This document shows, one piece after another, positions 9,740 to 17,594 of a stretch of 32,000 nt of DNA; position 1 is the first letter of the stretch, and the number at the start of each line of letters is the position of its first letter. A model generated the notes under the pieces. That model saw nothing but the letters and a program-made list of their open reading frames with translations. It was not told the DNA's origin and ran no database searches. This stretch comes from an uncultured archaeon (lineage in GTDB: Archaea > Micrarchaeota > Micrarchaeia > Micrarchaeales > CABMGC01). The translations under genes and the position numbers were made by a program. The stretch lies in the NCBI GenBank assembly GCA_963704435.1, contig OY969902.1, positions 390,001 through 422,000 on the forward strand. The letters run 5' to 3'.

Positions 9740-10480
9740 ATGTTCGAACTGAAACTTAACGATGCAAAGTACTGGCGGGACTGCATTGAGGCCATAGTCA
9801 GCCTTGTGGACGAGGGCCTGTTCAGCATATCCAAGGAGGGCATAGGCCTGAAGGCCATGGACCCCTCGGGCATAAGCATGATCTCTTTCTTCATGCCGAG
9901 CAAGGCGTTCGCCAAGTACGAGATAGACAAGAGCACCTCCATAGGGCTGAACCTCGACAACCTCAGCAAGATAATGACGAGGACCAGGGACAACGAGGCG
10001 CTGGTGATGAAGGACACGGACAACAAGATATCGCTGGAGTTCGTGGGCGAGAAGAGCAGGAGGAGGTACAGGCTGCAGCTCATAGACGTCAAGAAGAGCG
10101 TTGAGAAGGAGCCGAGCGTGGAGTTCGACGCGAACATAGAGATCGACGGGGAGCACCTGAAGAACGCGCTCAAGGACGCGACGCTCATATCCTCGTACAT
10201 ATCGTTCAAGGCCGTGAAGGGCCAGTTCTCGATAAACGCCAAGGGCGACTCAGGGGAGCTGGAGGAGCTGCATGAGATAGACGGCGGGAAGATAAAGAAG
10301 GTCGACGCGACTAAGGAGGCGTCGTCCGTGTTCAACCTGGAGTTCCTCGAGAACATGGTCAAGTCGAGCCAGCTGGGCAACGTCATAAAGCTGTCCCTGA
10401 AGTCGGACCAGCCGCTTAGGCTGACCTACGGGATAGGCGACGCGTCTGTCACGTACTTCCTTGCCCCTTATGTGGAGTAG
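9740..10480 (+). CDS. pcn: DNA polymerase sliding clamp (PCNA)
   Basis: MFELKLNDAKYWRDCIEAIVSLVDEGLFSISKEGIGLKAMDPSGISMISFFMPSKAF...; C-terminus QPLRLTYGIGDASVTYFLAPYVE. Confidence 0.96.
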   Translation: MFELKLNDAKYWRDCIEAIVSLVDEGLFSISKEGIGLKAMDPSGISMISFFMPSKAFAKYEIDKSTSIGLNLDNLSKIMTRTRDNEALVMKDTDNKISLEFVGEKSRRRYRLQLIDVKKSVEKEPSVEFDANIEIDGEHLKNALKDATLISSYISFKAVKGQFSINAKGDSGELEELHEIDGGKIKKVDATKEASSVFNLEFLENMVKSSQLGNVIKLSLKSDQPLRLTYGIGDASVTYFLAPYVE

Positions 10481-10527
10481 CGACGGCGCGCAGTCTGGAT
10501 TATAAAGCTTGAATTACAAATCCTAGC

Positions 10528-11457
10528 ATGGCAGCGGCAGGCGGGCCGAAGCTGGACTTCGCCTACAGATACCCTTTTTCTACCGAGGCGAGGGAGCTGA
10601 TAGCCTCGATGGGCGCGGGCTCGACTGACGGCAGGTACGCGATGGCGGGCCTGCTGCGCGTCAACGAGGCCATAAGCAAGTCGCGCATAGAGTTCGTGAA
10701 GACCGAGCTGACCGAGCTTAAGTACACCTACCTGATGAGCTATGTCTACGCCAGGATGCTCATAAGCGCGACCGGAGACAGGTACGCGATAGCGAGGTAC
10801 GCCGCTGCGGAGGCGAACAGGGCCGCAGACGCGCTCTCCGTGGATTCGGCGGAAAGCATCGCGAAGATCGCGGGCGGGCTCGGGATAGGGCTCAGGGAGA
10901 AGGACGGGACCTACCTGATGAAGTTCGAGGATTTCGCAGCGATAAGGCGAGGAAACGACGCCCTTGCGCTCGCGAACCAGCAGATCGAGGGGGGCATAGT
11001 GCACATGTCAAAGGAGCGCACCGTGAAGCTGCTCGGGTACGCCATCGAGAGGGAGATAGCCAGGAGGCTGCCGATAGAGAAGAAGGCGCTCCCGAAGGAA
11101 ATCGTGGATATGGCCAGAGGCATAAGGCTCGAGGAGAAGCGCGTCATACTCAGCGAGAACATGGGCTCATACGCCTGGATAGACAAGCTGCTCACTACCC
11201 CGATACCCGACGTGAGGCACAGGACGGTGAACCTCATACTCGCGCCGTACCTCATGAACGTGAGGAAGCTCGACGAGGATTCCGCGGTGAAGGTCATCAT
11301 GGAATACATAGACAGGTGCAAGCTCCTGAACCCCAACACGAACGTGAACGAGACTTATGTAAGGTACCAGTGCCACTACTCCAAGGCGAAGGGGATGCGG
11401 ACTCTCTCGGCCTCGAGGGCGAGGGAGCTGCTGGCGGAGATGATCGAGTTCGGTTGA
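10528..11457 (+). CDS. priL: DNA primase large subunit PriL
   Basis: FAYRYPFSTEARELI...; conserved core DIRxRTVNLILAPYLMNVRKL and Cys-containing C-terminus; directly after PCNA. Confidence 0.85.
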   Translation: MAAAGGPKLDFAYRYPFSTEARELIASMGAGSTDGRYAMAGLLRVNEAISKSRIEFVKTELTELKYTYLMSYVYARMLISATGDRYAIARYAAAEANRAADALSVDSAESIAKIAGGLGIGLREKDGTYLMKFEDFAAIRRGNDALALANQQIEGGIVHMSKERTVKLLGYAIEREIARRLPIEKKALPKEIVDMARGIRLEEKRVILSENMGSYAWIDKLLTTPIPDVRHRTVNLILAPYLMNVRKLDEDSAVKVIMEYIDRCKLLNPNTNVNETYVRYQCHYSKAKGMRTLSASRARELLAEMIEFG

Positions 11458-11461
11458 TTCA

Positions 11462-11623
11462 ATGGCGGACATATACCGATTATGCCATGTGTGCGGAAGG
11501 CCCGCGGGACACGCGTGCAAACTCTGCGGCAGACCCGTTTGTGAAGAGCACTATGATGCAGCTTTGGGATTGTGCTTGACTTGCAAAAGGGGGCGGCAGG
11601 CCAGGCGCGGGTTGGCCAAGTAG
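11462..11623 (+). CDS. 53 aa zinc-binding microprotein (HIT/B-box-like zinc finger)
   Basis: Read directly; below the ORF track cutoff: MADIYRLCHVCGRPAGHACKLCGRPVCEEHYDAALGLCLTCKRGRQARRGLAK*. Four CxxC/CxxH-type ligand pairs; begins right after the priL stop. Confidence 0.75.
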   Translation: MADIYRLCHVCGRPAGHACKLCGRPVCEEHYDAALGLCLTCKRGRQARRGLAK

Positions 11624-11630
11624 GCAGTGC

Positions 11631-11903
11631 TCACTCTTCTATCACGCTGAAGTCAGCCCTTGCCGTCCCTGTGGGAAACGCCTCTCCGTTCGGCGCCTCC
11701 GCCGGCAGCCCGATGTCGTCCGCGATCTTCTCAAGCTCGGTCAGCGCAATCACCCTATCGGTAAACAACTCTACATATCTTACGCCGGCGAAGTCCTTGC
11801 GCCTCACCCTGAAAGTCACCTGCTGGATATTGCCTCCGCGCGTGACCCTTATCTTTATGGAGCCCTGCCTCACCGCCTCCTCGGCCTTGGGGGAAAGTTT
11901 CAT
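11631..11903 (-). CDS. small conserved-looking hypothetical protein
   Basis: ORF track 11631..11951; start preferred at ATG 11903 (MKLSPKAEEAVRQGSIKIRVTRGGNIQQVTFRVRRKDFAG...); divergent from the ferritin-like gene. Confidence 0.6.
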   Translation of the reverse strand: MKLSPKAEEAVRQGSIKIRVTRGGNIQQVTFRVRRKDFAGVRYVELFTDRVIALTELEKIADDIGLPAEAPNGEAFPTGTARADFSVIEE

Positions 11904-11971
11904 GGAGCCACCGTACGGTATAAAAGGAGCGTCATAAATATAATATTGCATTGTAGGATTTTGTTTAGGGT

Positions 11972-12259
11972 GTGTCGATGGAATATATGGAGAAAGGGCG
12001 AATAAGCAAGAAGGTCCTGGACTTGAACAGGGCCAGGCAGTCTCTCGTTGAGGAGCTCCAAGCCATAATGTGGTATGACGAGCGTGCGGACGCTACTGGA
12101 GACAGCGAGCTGAGATCCGTCCTCGCGCACAACAGGGACGACGAGAAGGAGCACGCTTCGCTGCTGCTGGAATGGCTGAGGCGCAATGACCCAGCGTTCA
12201 AGAGGAAGGCGGGCGAGATACTCTTCAAGAACAAGAAACTCGAGGATCTCTGGGATTGA
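11972..12259 (+). CDS. encapsulated-ferritin-like (EncFtn family) protein
   Basis: SLVEELQAIMWYDERADATGDSELRSVLAHNRDDEKEHASLLLEWLRRNDPAFKRKAGEILF is the EncFtn signature, with E and ExxH iron ligands; start GTG 11972 or ATG 11978. Confidence 0.85.
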   Translation: MSMEYMEKGRISKKVLDLNRARQSLVEELQAIMWYDERADATGDSELRSVLAHNRDDEKEHASLLLEWLRRNDPAFKRKAGEILFKNKKLEDLWD

Positions 12260-12315
12260 ATGGGTAGCCCCTGAAGTTAGACGCCCGTCGTAGGAAGATG
12301 ACTTCTTGAACAACG

Positions 12316-12323
12316 TTTATATA
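12316..12323 (+). promoter_or_regulatory. archaeal TATA box (TTTATATA)
   Basis: gTTTATATAcgt 43 nt upstream of ATG 12366; the same 12-mer GTTTATATACGT recurs upstream of cdc6. Confidence 0.55.
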
Positions 12324-12365
12324 CGTGGCGAATAACAGTAAATAACGTAGCAAGGGTGGGGATCC

Positions 12366-12995
12366 ATGCACGATGAAAAAGACGAGGGGGAGCCGAGCGG
12401 TTTAAAGTTCGAGATTGACAGTAATGTGCTGAGAGATTCATCTCAGCAGGGATTCTTGGAGGCTGCTATCGCAGAGGCGCGAAAGAGCCTTGCAGAAGGT
12501 GGCATACCGATAGGGGCAGTCCTAGTAAAGGAGGGAATGATTATCGGACGAGGGCACAACAAGAGAGTGCAGACCAGAAACCGAATGAACCACGCTGAGA
12601 TCGATTGCCTGGCGGATGCGCTTGAGCACAACAGTCGTAGTGATGTCGGAGGCTCGACCATGTACGTGACGCATATGCCCTGCGCCATGTGCGCGGGAGC
12701 TATAATCCATTACAGAGTATCGAAGGTAGTGGCAGCGGAGAGCAGGACGTTTCCCCAAGCGCAGGGAATGCTTGAGCGCGAAGGGATAGGCGTCCTGGAC
12801 CTAGATCACAAGGAATGCAGGCTTATGCTTGAGAGCTTTATTGAAAGCCATAAGGGTTACTGGGAGGATGCGCCCGAAAAGGCCTGGATTATCTCAAAGG
12901 CAGAGACCAAGGACGCCACCGCGAGCCATACAAACGATACAGTTAGCGCAAAAATCACAACAAAATGTGAGGAGGCAACCAGAAAGACAACGTAA
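12366..12995 (+). CDS. zinc-dependent cytosine/nucleoside deaminase (fungal FCY1-like / CMP-dCMP deaminase fold)
   Basis: AEGGIPIGAVLVKEGMIIGRGHNKR, HAEIDCL, MPCAMCAGAIIHYRVSKVV, YWEDAPE motifs; about 35 aa polar C-terminal extension. Confidence 0.85.
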   Translation: MHDEKDEGEPSGLKFEIDSNVLRDSSQQGFLEAAIAEARKSLAEGGIPIGAVLVKEGMIIGRGHNKRVQTRNRMNHAEIDCLADALEHNSRSDVGGSTMYVTHMPCAMCAGAIIHYRVSKVVAAESRTFPQAQGMLEREGIGVLDLDHKECRLMLESFIESHKGYWEDAPEKAWIISKAETKDATASHTNDTVSAKITTKCEEATRKTT

Positions 12996-14377
12996 TGGTG
13001 AATATTGTGAGAGAATCAACTAGGGGGTCGGAATGCAAGGAAGATCTTATCCAACTGAAGCGCATCCCTGACATGAATTTCTACCAGTACCCTCCACCAT
13101 TGCCCGCTGGGAAGAACAAGGAAGCATTCATTGAGAAGCTTGAGCTCTTTCGGACTCTACCTGGCTCTGAGATCTTCACGTTTTTCATATCTGTGCCCTA
13201 CTGCAGGACTAGGTGCAATTCCTGCCCGTTCTTCAAGGACTTGCTACCGAAGAATGTCGATCAGCACTCGTTTCTAGAACCCTACGTAAGTAGCGTTGAA
13301 ACACAGCTAGACGCCTACGCCAGAACCAAGAGGTTCAGCCTTGCAAGGAGCGCTGCGGTGTATATAGGCGGCGGGACAGCATCACTGCTTTCTGCCGAGC
13401 AGGCTAGCAGGATGGTCAAGCTTGTGAAAGGCTCCTTCAGGACGACCGAGGACATTGAGGTGACGATGGAAGGAAATCCATCCGACTTTAGCGAAAAGTA
13501 CTACAAGAGGATAATCGACGGCGGAGTAAACAGACTATCGATAGGATACCAGAGCTCCCAGGAGCGCATACTCAGAGACAAGCTCGGCACTCCACACAGT
13601 GCAAAAGAGGGCGCGATTGCGCTGAGTGAGGCCCTCGACGCAGGATTCAGAACGGTCAATGTCGACCTGCTTTATGGAGTCCCAGGCCAGGGATTCAACG
13701 ATTGGAAACGCGACCTCGAGACGGTCATAAGCTTCAGGCCAGAACACATAACTACAAGATCGTATGTGATCTATGGCAACGCACTTTCGGCGTTAAGGAT
13801 CAACGAAGGCACTCTGGAAGAGCCAATAGACGGGGATGAAAAGCACAGGTGGTACCTGCACACCAAGGAGGCGCTAGGCAAAAATGGCTATGTGGAACAT
13901 CGCAAGGGAAACTTTTCTCTGCCTGGCCACTGCCAAAAATATTCCGAGCTGACCTATCGTTTAAGCAAGGAGAGCATTGGCATAGGCGCGGGCGCTTACA
14001 GTTTCATAAACGGCTACTTGTTCAGGGCTACCAAGGATTCAAAGGAGTTTATGGCAAACATAGCAAGGGGCCTCTTCACCTCTCCAGACTCGTACTCAGT
14101 CAATGCGGACAGAGAGATAATGATGGGGCGGTGCATAATGCAGAACCTCGTGATTGGTCGCATATCCAGGCGAGAGTTCAAGGGGAGGTTCGGGGAGGAC
14201 CCGGTTGGTGCATATCCAGAGGTTTTCGAGGAGATGCGACTGAAAGGTCTTGCTGAATTCGATGCTGAAGAGATTAGGCTTACAGAACTCGGGAACCGGT
14301 GGCAGGAAAATATAATGTACGCGTTCACGTCCGAGAAGGTTAGAAAGGACATAATATCGAGTGCGGTAAGGATATAA
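12995..14377 (+). CDS. HemN/HemW-like radical SAM protein
   Basis: FFISVPYCRTRCNSCPFFK (CxxxCxxC), YIGGGTASLLS, EVTMEGNPSD, INRLSIGYQSSQERIL, VNVDLLYGVPGQ; start may be internal (e.g. MNFYQYPP...). Confidence 0.88.
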   Translation: MVNIVRESTRGSECKEDLIQLKRIPDMNFYQYPPPLPAGKNKEAFIEKLELFRTLPGSEIFTFFISVPYCRTRCNSCPFFKDLLPKNVDQHSFLEPYVSSVETQLDAYARTKRFSLARSAAVYIGGGTASLLSAEQASRMVKLVKGSFRTTEDIEVTMEGNPSDFSEKYYKRIIDGGVNRLSIGYQSSQERILRDKLGTPHSAKEGAIALSEALDAGFRTVNVDLLYGVPGQGFNDWKRDLETVISFRPEHITTRSYVIYGNALSALRINEGTLEEPIDGDEKHRWYLHTKEALGKNGYVEHRKGNFSLPGHCQKYSELTYRLSKESIGIGAGAYSFINGYLFRATKDSKEFMANIARGLFTSPDSYSVNADREIMMGRCIMQNLVIGRISRREFKGRFGEDPVGAYPEVFEEMRLKGLAEFDAEEIRLTELGNRWQENIMYAFTSEKVRKDIISSAVRI

Positions 14378-14378
14378 A

Positions 14379-15689
14379 ATGGCTCAGGAATATTATAGTA
14401 ATGAGGCGAACGTTTTGGCCAAAACGCTAAGAAGCGACAGGAACCCTGAGGTCGCAGTGAACAACGGCGTTGTGATAGACCTGGCGCTCATAAAGCAGGG
14501 GCTTGATGCGAGGCCAGCCGGGAACGACAAGCTGGAGATTCTTGAGATGGTAAGAAGAATCAAGATGCTTCAGATTGATACGGTAAACGTGGTGGAAAGG
14601 AGCCACTATCTGGTGCTGCTCAGTAGATTGGGAATATACGAGAAAAGATATTTGGATGAACTTCAGTTCCCTGACAGGGCGCTTTTCGAGCAGCGCAGCC
14701 ACGCCAACTGCCTCATACCGATGGAGTTCTATCCACTCTACCAACCAGAGATCACCGAAGGCAGAAAAATACGGGAGAGCAAGCTCAAGAAGCTGGGCGC
14801 CGACCCCGATGCCATGCTCAATGGCGTGCTAAAGGAGATAAGGGAACGGGGTCCCCTCTCCTCCGCCGACTTCGAGAGCGACGCAGGGAGGAAGCGTGGA
14901 TGGTGGAACCGCAAGCCTGAGAAGGAGGCGCTCGAGATACTGTGGAAGAGGGGCCACCTTGCAGTGGCTAAGAGGAGCAACTTCAGGAGCTACTATGACC
15001 TCACTGAGCGCGTCATTCCTAGCGACCTGCTGAAGGAAAGGCACTCCCTTCAGGACTTCAGGAGATGGGCGGCAATCAGCGGACTCGATGCTATTGGAAT
15101 AGGCACCGTTGAAGATATCGCCGATTACTACAGGCAAAAACCTGCCGAGACAAAGGCCATGCTTGAGCAGTTGGCCACAGAAGGAGTGATAACAAAGATA
15201 AATGTGGAAGGCTGGGGCAAGAGCGCATACGCGCTATCCAAGGACCTCAAGCTTATCGCGAAGTTGAAGGATAATCCACTCGCAACTTCAGGGACCGTGC
15301 TGCTCTCCCCTTTCGACAACCTGATATGGTTCAGGGACAGGACCGAAAGGCTTTTCGGGCTGCATTTCAGAACTGAGACATACGTGCCGAAGAGCGAGAG
15401 GAATTATGGCTATTACTTGATGCCTATACTGCACGACAAGCGGATAATCGGCAAAGTCGACCCTAAAGCGGACAGAAAAAGCAAGACGCTTGAAGTAAAC
15501 AACATACATCTGGAGAAGGGCGTAGAAGTAGACAAAAACTTAATGACTCAACTCTCGAGGTCATTGAGAGAGTTTGCACAATTCAACGACTGCGATTTCG
15601 TAAAAGTACACAAGACCACGCCAGTTGAGCTTAAGGATAGATTGGAAAAAGAAACTTGCCCGGCCACTAAGACTAAAGCGAAGGTTTAA
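14379..15689 (+). CDS. winged-helix YcaQ-like DNA glycosylase family protein
   Basis: RRIKMLQIDTVNVVERSHYLVLLSRLG (QxD motif), LLSPFDNLIWFRDRTERLFGLHFRTETYVPKSERNYGYYLMPIL, IGKVDPKADRK. Confidence 0.87.
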   Translation: MAQEYYSNEANVLAKTLRSDRNPEVAVNNGVVIDLALIKQGLDARPAGNDKLEILEMVRRIKMLQIDTVNVVERSHYLVLLSRLGIYEKRYLDELQFPDRALFEQRSHANCLIPMEFYPLYQPEITEGRKIRESKLKKLGADPDAMLNGVLKEIRERGPLSSADFESDAGRKRGWWNRKPEKEALEILWKRGHLAVAKRSNFRSYYDLTERVIPSDLLKERHSLQDFRRWAAISGLDAIGIGTVEDIADYYRQKPAETKAMLEQLATEGVITKINVEGWGKSAYALSKDLKLIAKLKDNPLATSGTVLLSPFDNLIWFRDRTERLFGLHFRTETYVPKSERNYGYYLMPILHDKRIIGKVDPKADRKSKTLEVNNIHLEKGVEVDKNLMTQLSRSLREFAQFNDCDFVKVHKTTPVELKDRLEKETCPATKTKAKV

Positions 15690-15739
15690 TCTGCGCAAAT
15701 GGCACTGTTTCTTATATCTTGATTTCTTATTTTTAAATT

Positions 15740-16150
15740 ATGAAGAACGCAACGATCACGCATATCGTAATAAAAGTGCGGGATATTGCAAAATCGAGGC
15801 CGTTTTATCAGAAGCTTTGTGCTATTCTTGGTTTAAAGGAAGTCCGTTCATCCAAGCAGGGGTTCGCTTATGCGAATGGCGCATTTAGCATATGGGTTAG
15901 CAAAGCCAAAGACGCGACCAAGCACTCTAGGAGCGCTATAGGATACGACCATGTCGCTTTCAGCGCGTCTTCCAGAAAACAGGTTGATGACCTACAAAAG
16001 ATGCTCAGATACGAGAAATTCAGGATCCTCTATCCTGCCAAAGAACATCCTGAATATGCGCCCGGCTACTATTCAGTATCGTTTTTCGACCCTGATGGTA
16101 CAATCCTGGAACTTCTTCATCTGCCCAAAGGCAAAAATTCCTACGGCTGA
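15740..16150 (+). CDS. VOC superfamily (glyoxalase/bleomycin-resistance-like) protein
   Basis: ITHIVIKVRDIAKSRPFYQKLCAILGLKE...YSVSFFDPDGTILELLHLP. Confidence 0.85.
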   Translation: MKNATITHIVIKVRDIAKSRPFYQKLCAILGLKEVRSSKQGFAYANGAFSIWVSKAKDATKHSRSAIGYDHVAFSASSRKQVDDLQKMLRYEKFRILYPAKEHPEYAPGYYSVSFFDPDGTILELLHLPKGKNSYG

Positions 16151-16330
16151 TATTCGGTAAGAGCGGGAGGTACTTAGGTGTAATGAAAATGAAGGCATCC
16201 GCAACACACGTACAGTTCCAAGCCAGCCCATAGACGGGTGTTGCTGGCGCGTTAGCATTACTGTGAAGCCCTCCAGCTTCGCCTTTCGCCTACAACAAGA
16301 GATATTAACATTTAAGATTTATGGGTAGCC

Positions 16331-16684
16331 ATGGTGAGCACGTACCTGGAGATTGCGGTGTTCGGAGCGGTCGCGCTCCTGGTGCCAGTCCTGATGCTTG
16401 CCTTTTCCAAGCTCGTGCGGCCACCCGGCGAGAACAGCGTGGCCGAGACGCAGCCCTTCGAGAGCGCGGAGGCGAGCGTCGGCAGGGGCGTCACCCCCAT
16501 GAACGAGTACGCGCACTACTTCGCGGTCTTCGCGGCATTCGCCGTGCTCTGCGCGATAATGGTCGCATGGAGCCTCACTGCGAAGCAGTTGGATTTCATA
16601 GGCAACGTCAGGATGGGGGCGCTCCTTGCCATGGGCGTATTCCTTGAGTTTTTCGTGCTCGCGATGGGCAGGAGGAGGGTTTGA
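16331..16684 (+). CDS. nuoA: NADH-quinone oxidoreductase subunit A-like
   Basis: KLVRPPGENSVAETQPFESAEASVGRG...HYFAVFAAFAVLCAIMVAWSLTA; first gene of the Nuo run. Confidence 0.88.
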   Translation: MVSTYLEIAVFGAVALLVPVLMLAFSKLVRPPGENSVAETQPFESAEASVGRGVTPMNEYAHYFAVFAAFAVLCAIMVAWSLTAKQLDFIGNVRMGALLAMGVFLEFFVLAMGRRRV

Positions 16685-17239
16685 ATGGCCGGCATCCATG
16701 AAGAGAACGCAGAAACGGAGATGACGCAGCTGGCCTCAGACTCGCTCAGCAGGCGCAGGCCAAGGCAGGGCGTGCTGTTCACGACCATGTCCGACATAAC
16801 GAAGGCGCTCTCGAAAGGCGCGGTCAAGTGGTCGCGCGAGAACTCGCTCTGGCCGCTCAGGTTCGGCATATCCTGCTGCTCGATGGAGGCGCTGGACTTC
16901 GGCTCCCCACGTATCGATTCCGAGAGGGAGGGCTACGCGTTCTTCAGGGGAACGCCAAGGCAGAGCGACGTCATGATAGTCTCAGGATGGGTCACGAAGT
17001 CTCTCGCGCCCGAGATAAAGAGGCTCTACGAGCAGATGCCCAAGCCGAAGTACGTCATCGCGTACGGCGTGTGCGCCGTGGGAGGCGGGCCGTGGGCTGA
17101 AAGCTACAACATCATAAAGGGCATCGACCAGCTGCTGCCGGTCGACGTATACGTCGCAGGCTGCCCGCCGAAGCCGGAGAACCTGTTCGCAGCGTTCAGG
17201 AAGCTCAGGAAGAAGATAGGTGGTGAGATTGAAGGTTGA
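16685..17239 (+). CDS. nuoB: NADH-quinone oxidoreductase subunit B-like
   Basis: FGISCCSMEALDF, RQSDVMIVSGWVTKSLAPEIKRLYEQMPKPKYVIAYGVCAVGGG, VAGCPPKPE (Fe-S cysteines). Confidence 0.93.
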   Translation: MAGIHEENAETEMTQLASDSLSRRRPRQGVLFTTMSDITKALSKGAVKWSRENSLWPLRFGISCCSMEALDFGSPRIDSEREGYAFFRGTPRQSDVMIVSGWVTKSLAPEIKRLYEQMPKPKYVIAYGVCAVGGGPWAESYNIIKGIDQLLPVDVYVAGCPPKPENLFAAFRKLRKKIGGEIEG

Positions 17240-17594
17240 AAGGAAGGACTTGCTCGACGAGCTCGGCACGCTGAAGCGGGGAGGCCTATCCTATCTGGTC
17301 AAGATAACCGCGGTGGACTACAAAGACCGCATAAGCATAGTATACACGGTAAGGGATCCCGCTTCGGGCAAGGACGAGGTTGTCGAGGTCGATGTCGCTC
17401 CGACCGACGCCTGGGTCCCGAGCGCGGCAGGAATCTACCGCGCCGCCGACTGGTACGAGAGGGAGCTGGCCGAGATGTTCGGCATAGAGGTGAAGGGCAG
17501 GCGCGTTGGAAGGCTGCTGCTCGAGAAGTGGAACGGCAAGCCCGCTCCCCTTAGGAAGAATTTCGCCTGGGGAGGGGCGTACGAGAGGAAGTGA
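17220..17594 (+). CDS. nuoC: NADH-quinone oxidoreductase subunit C-like (short form)
   Basis: VEVDVAPTDAWVPSAAGIYRAADWYERELAEMFGIEVKG...LLLEKWNGKPAPLRKNF; start uncertain, overlaps nuoB. Confidence 0.9.
   Translation: MVRLKVERKDLLDELGTLKRGGLSYLVKITAVDYKDRISIVYTVRDPASGKDEVVEVDVAPTDAWVPSAAGIYRAADWYERELAEMFGIEVKGRRVGRLLLEKWNGKPAPLRKNFAWGGAYERK

Noticed and set aside
16151-16330. C/D box sRNA in the nuoA leader
   Set aside because: ATGAAAATGA vaguely resembles a C box, but no matching D/C'/D' boxes at proper spacing.
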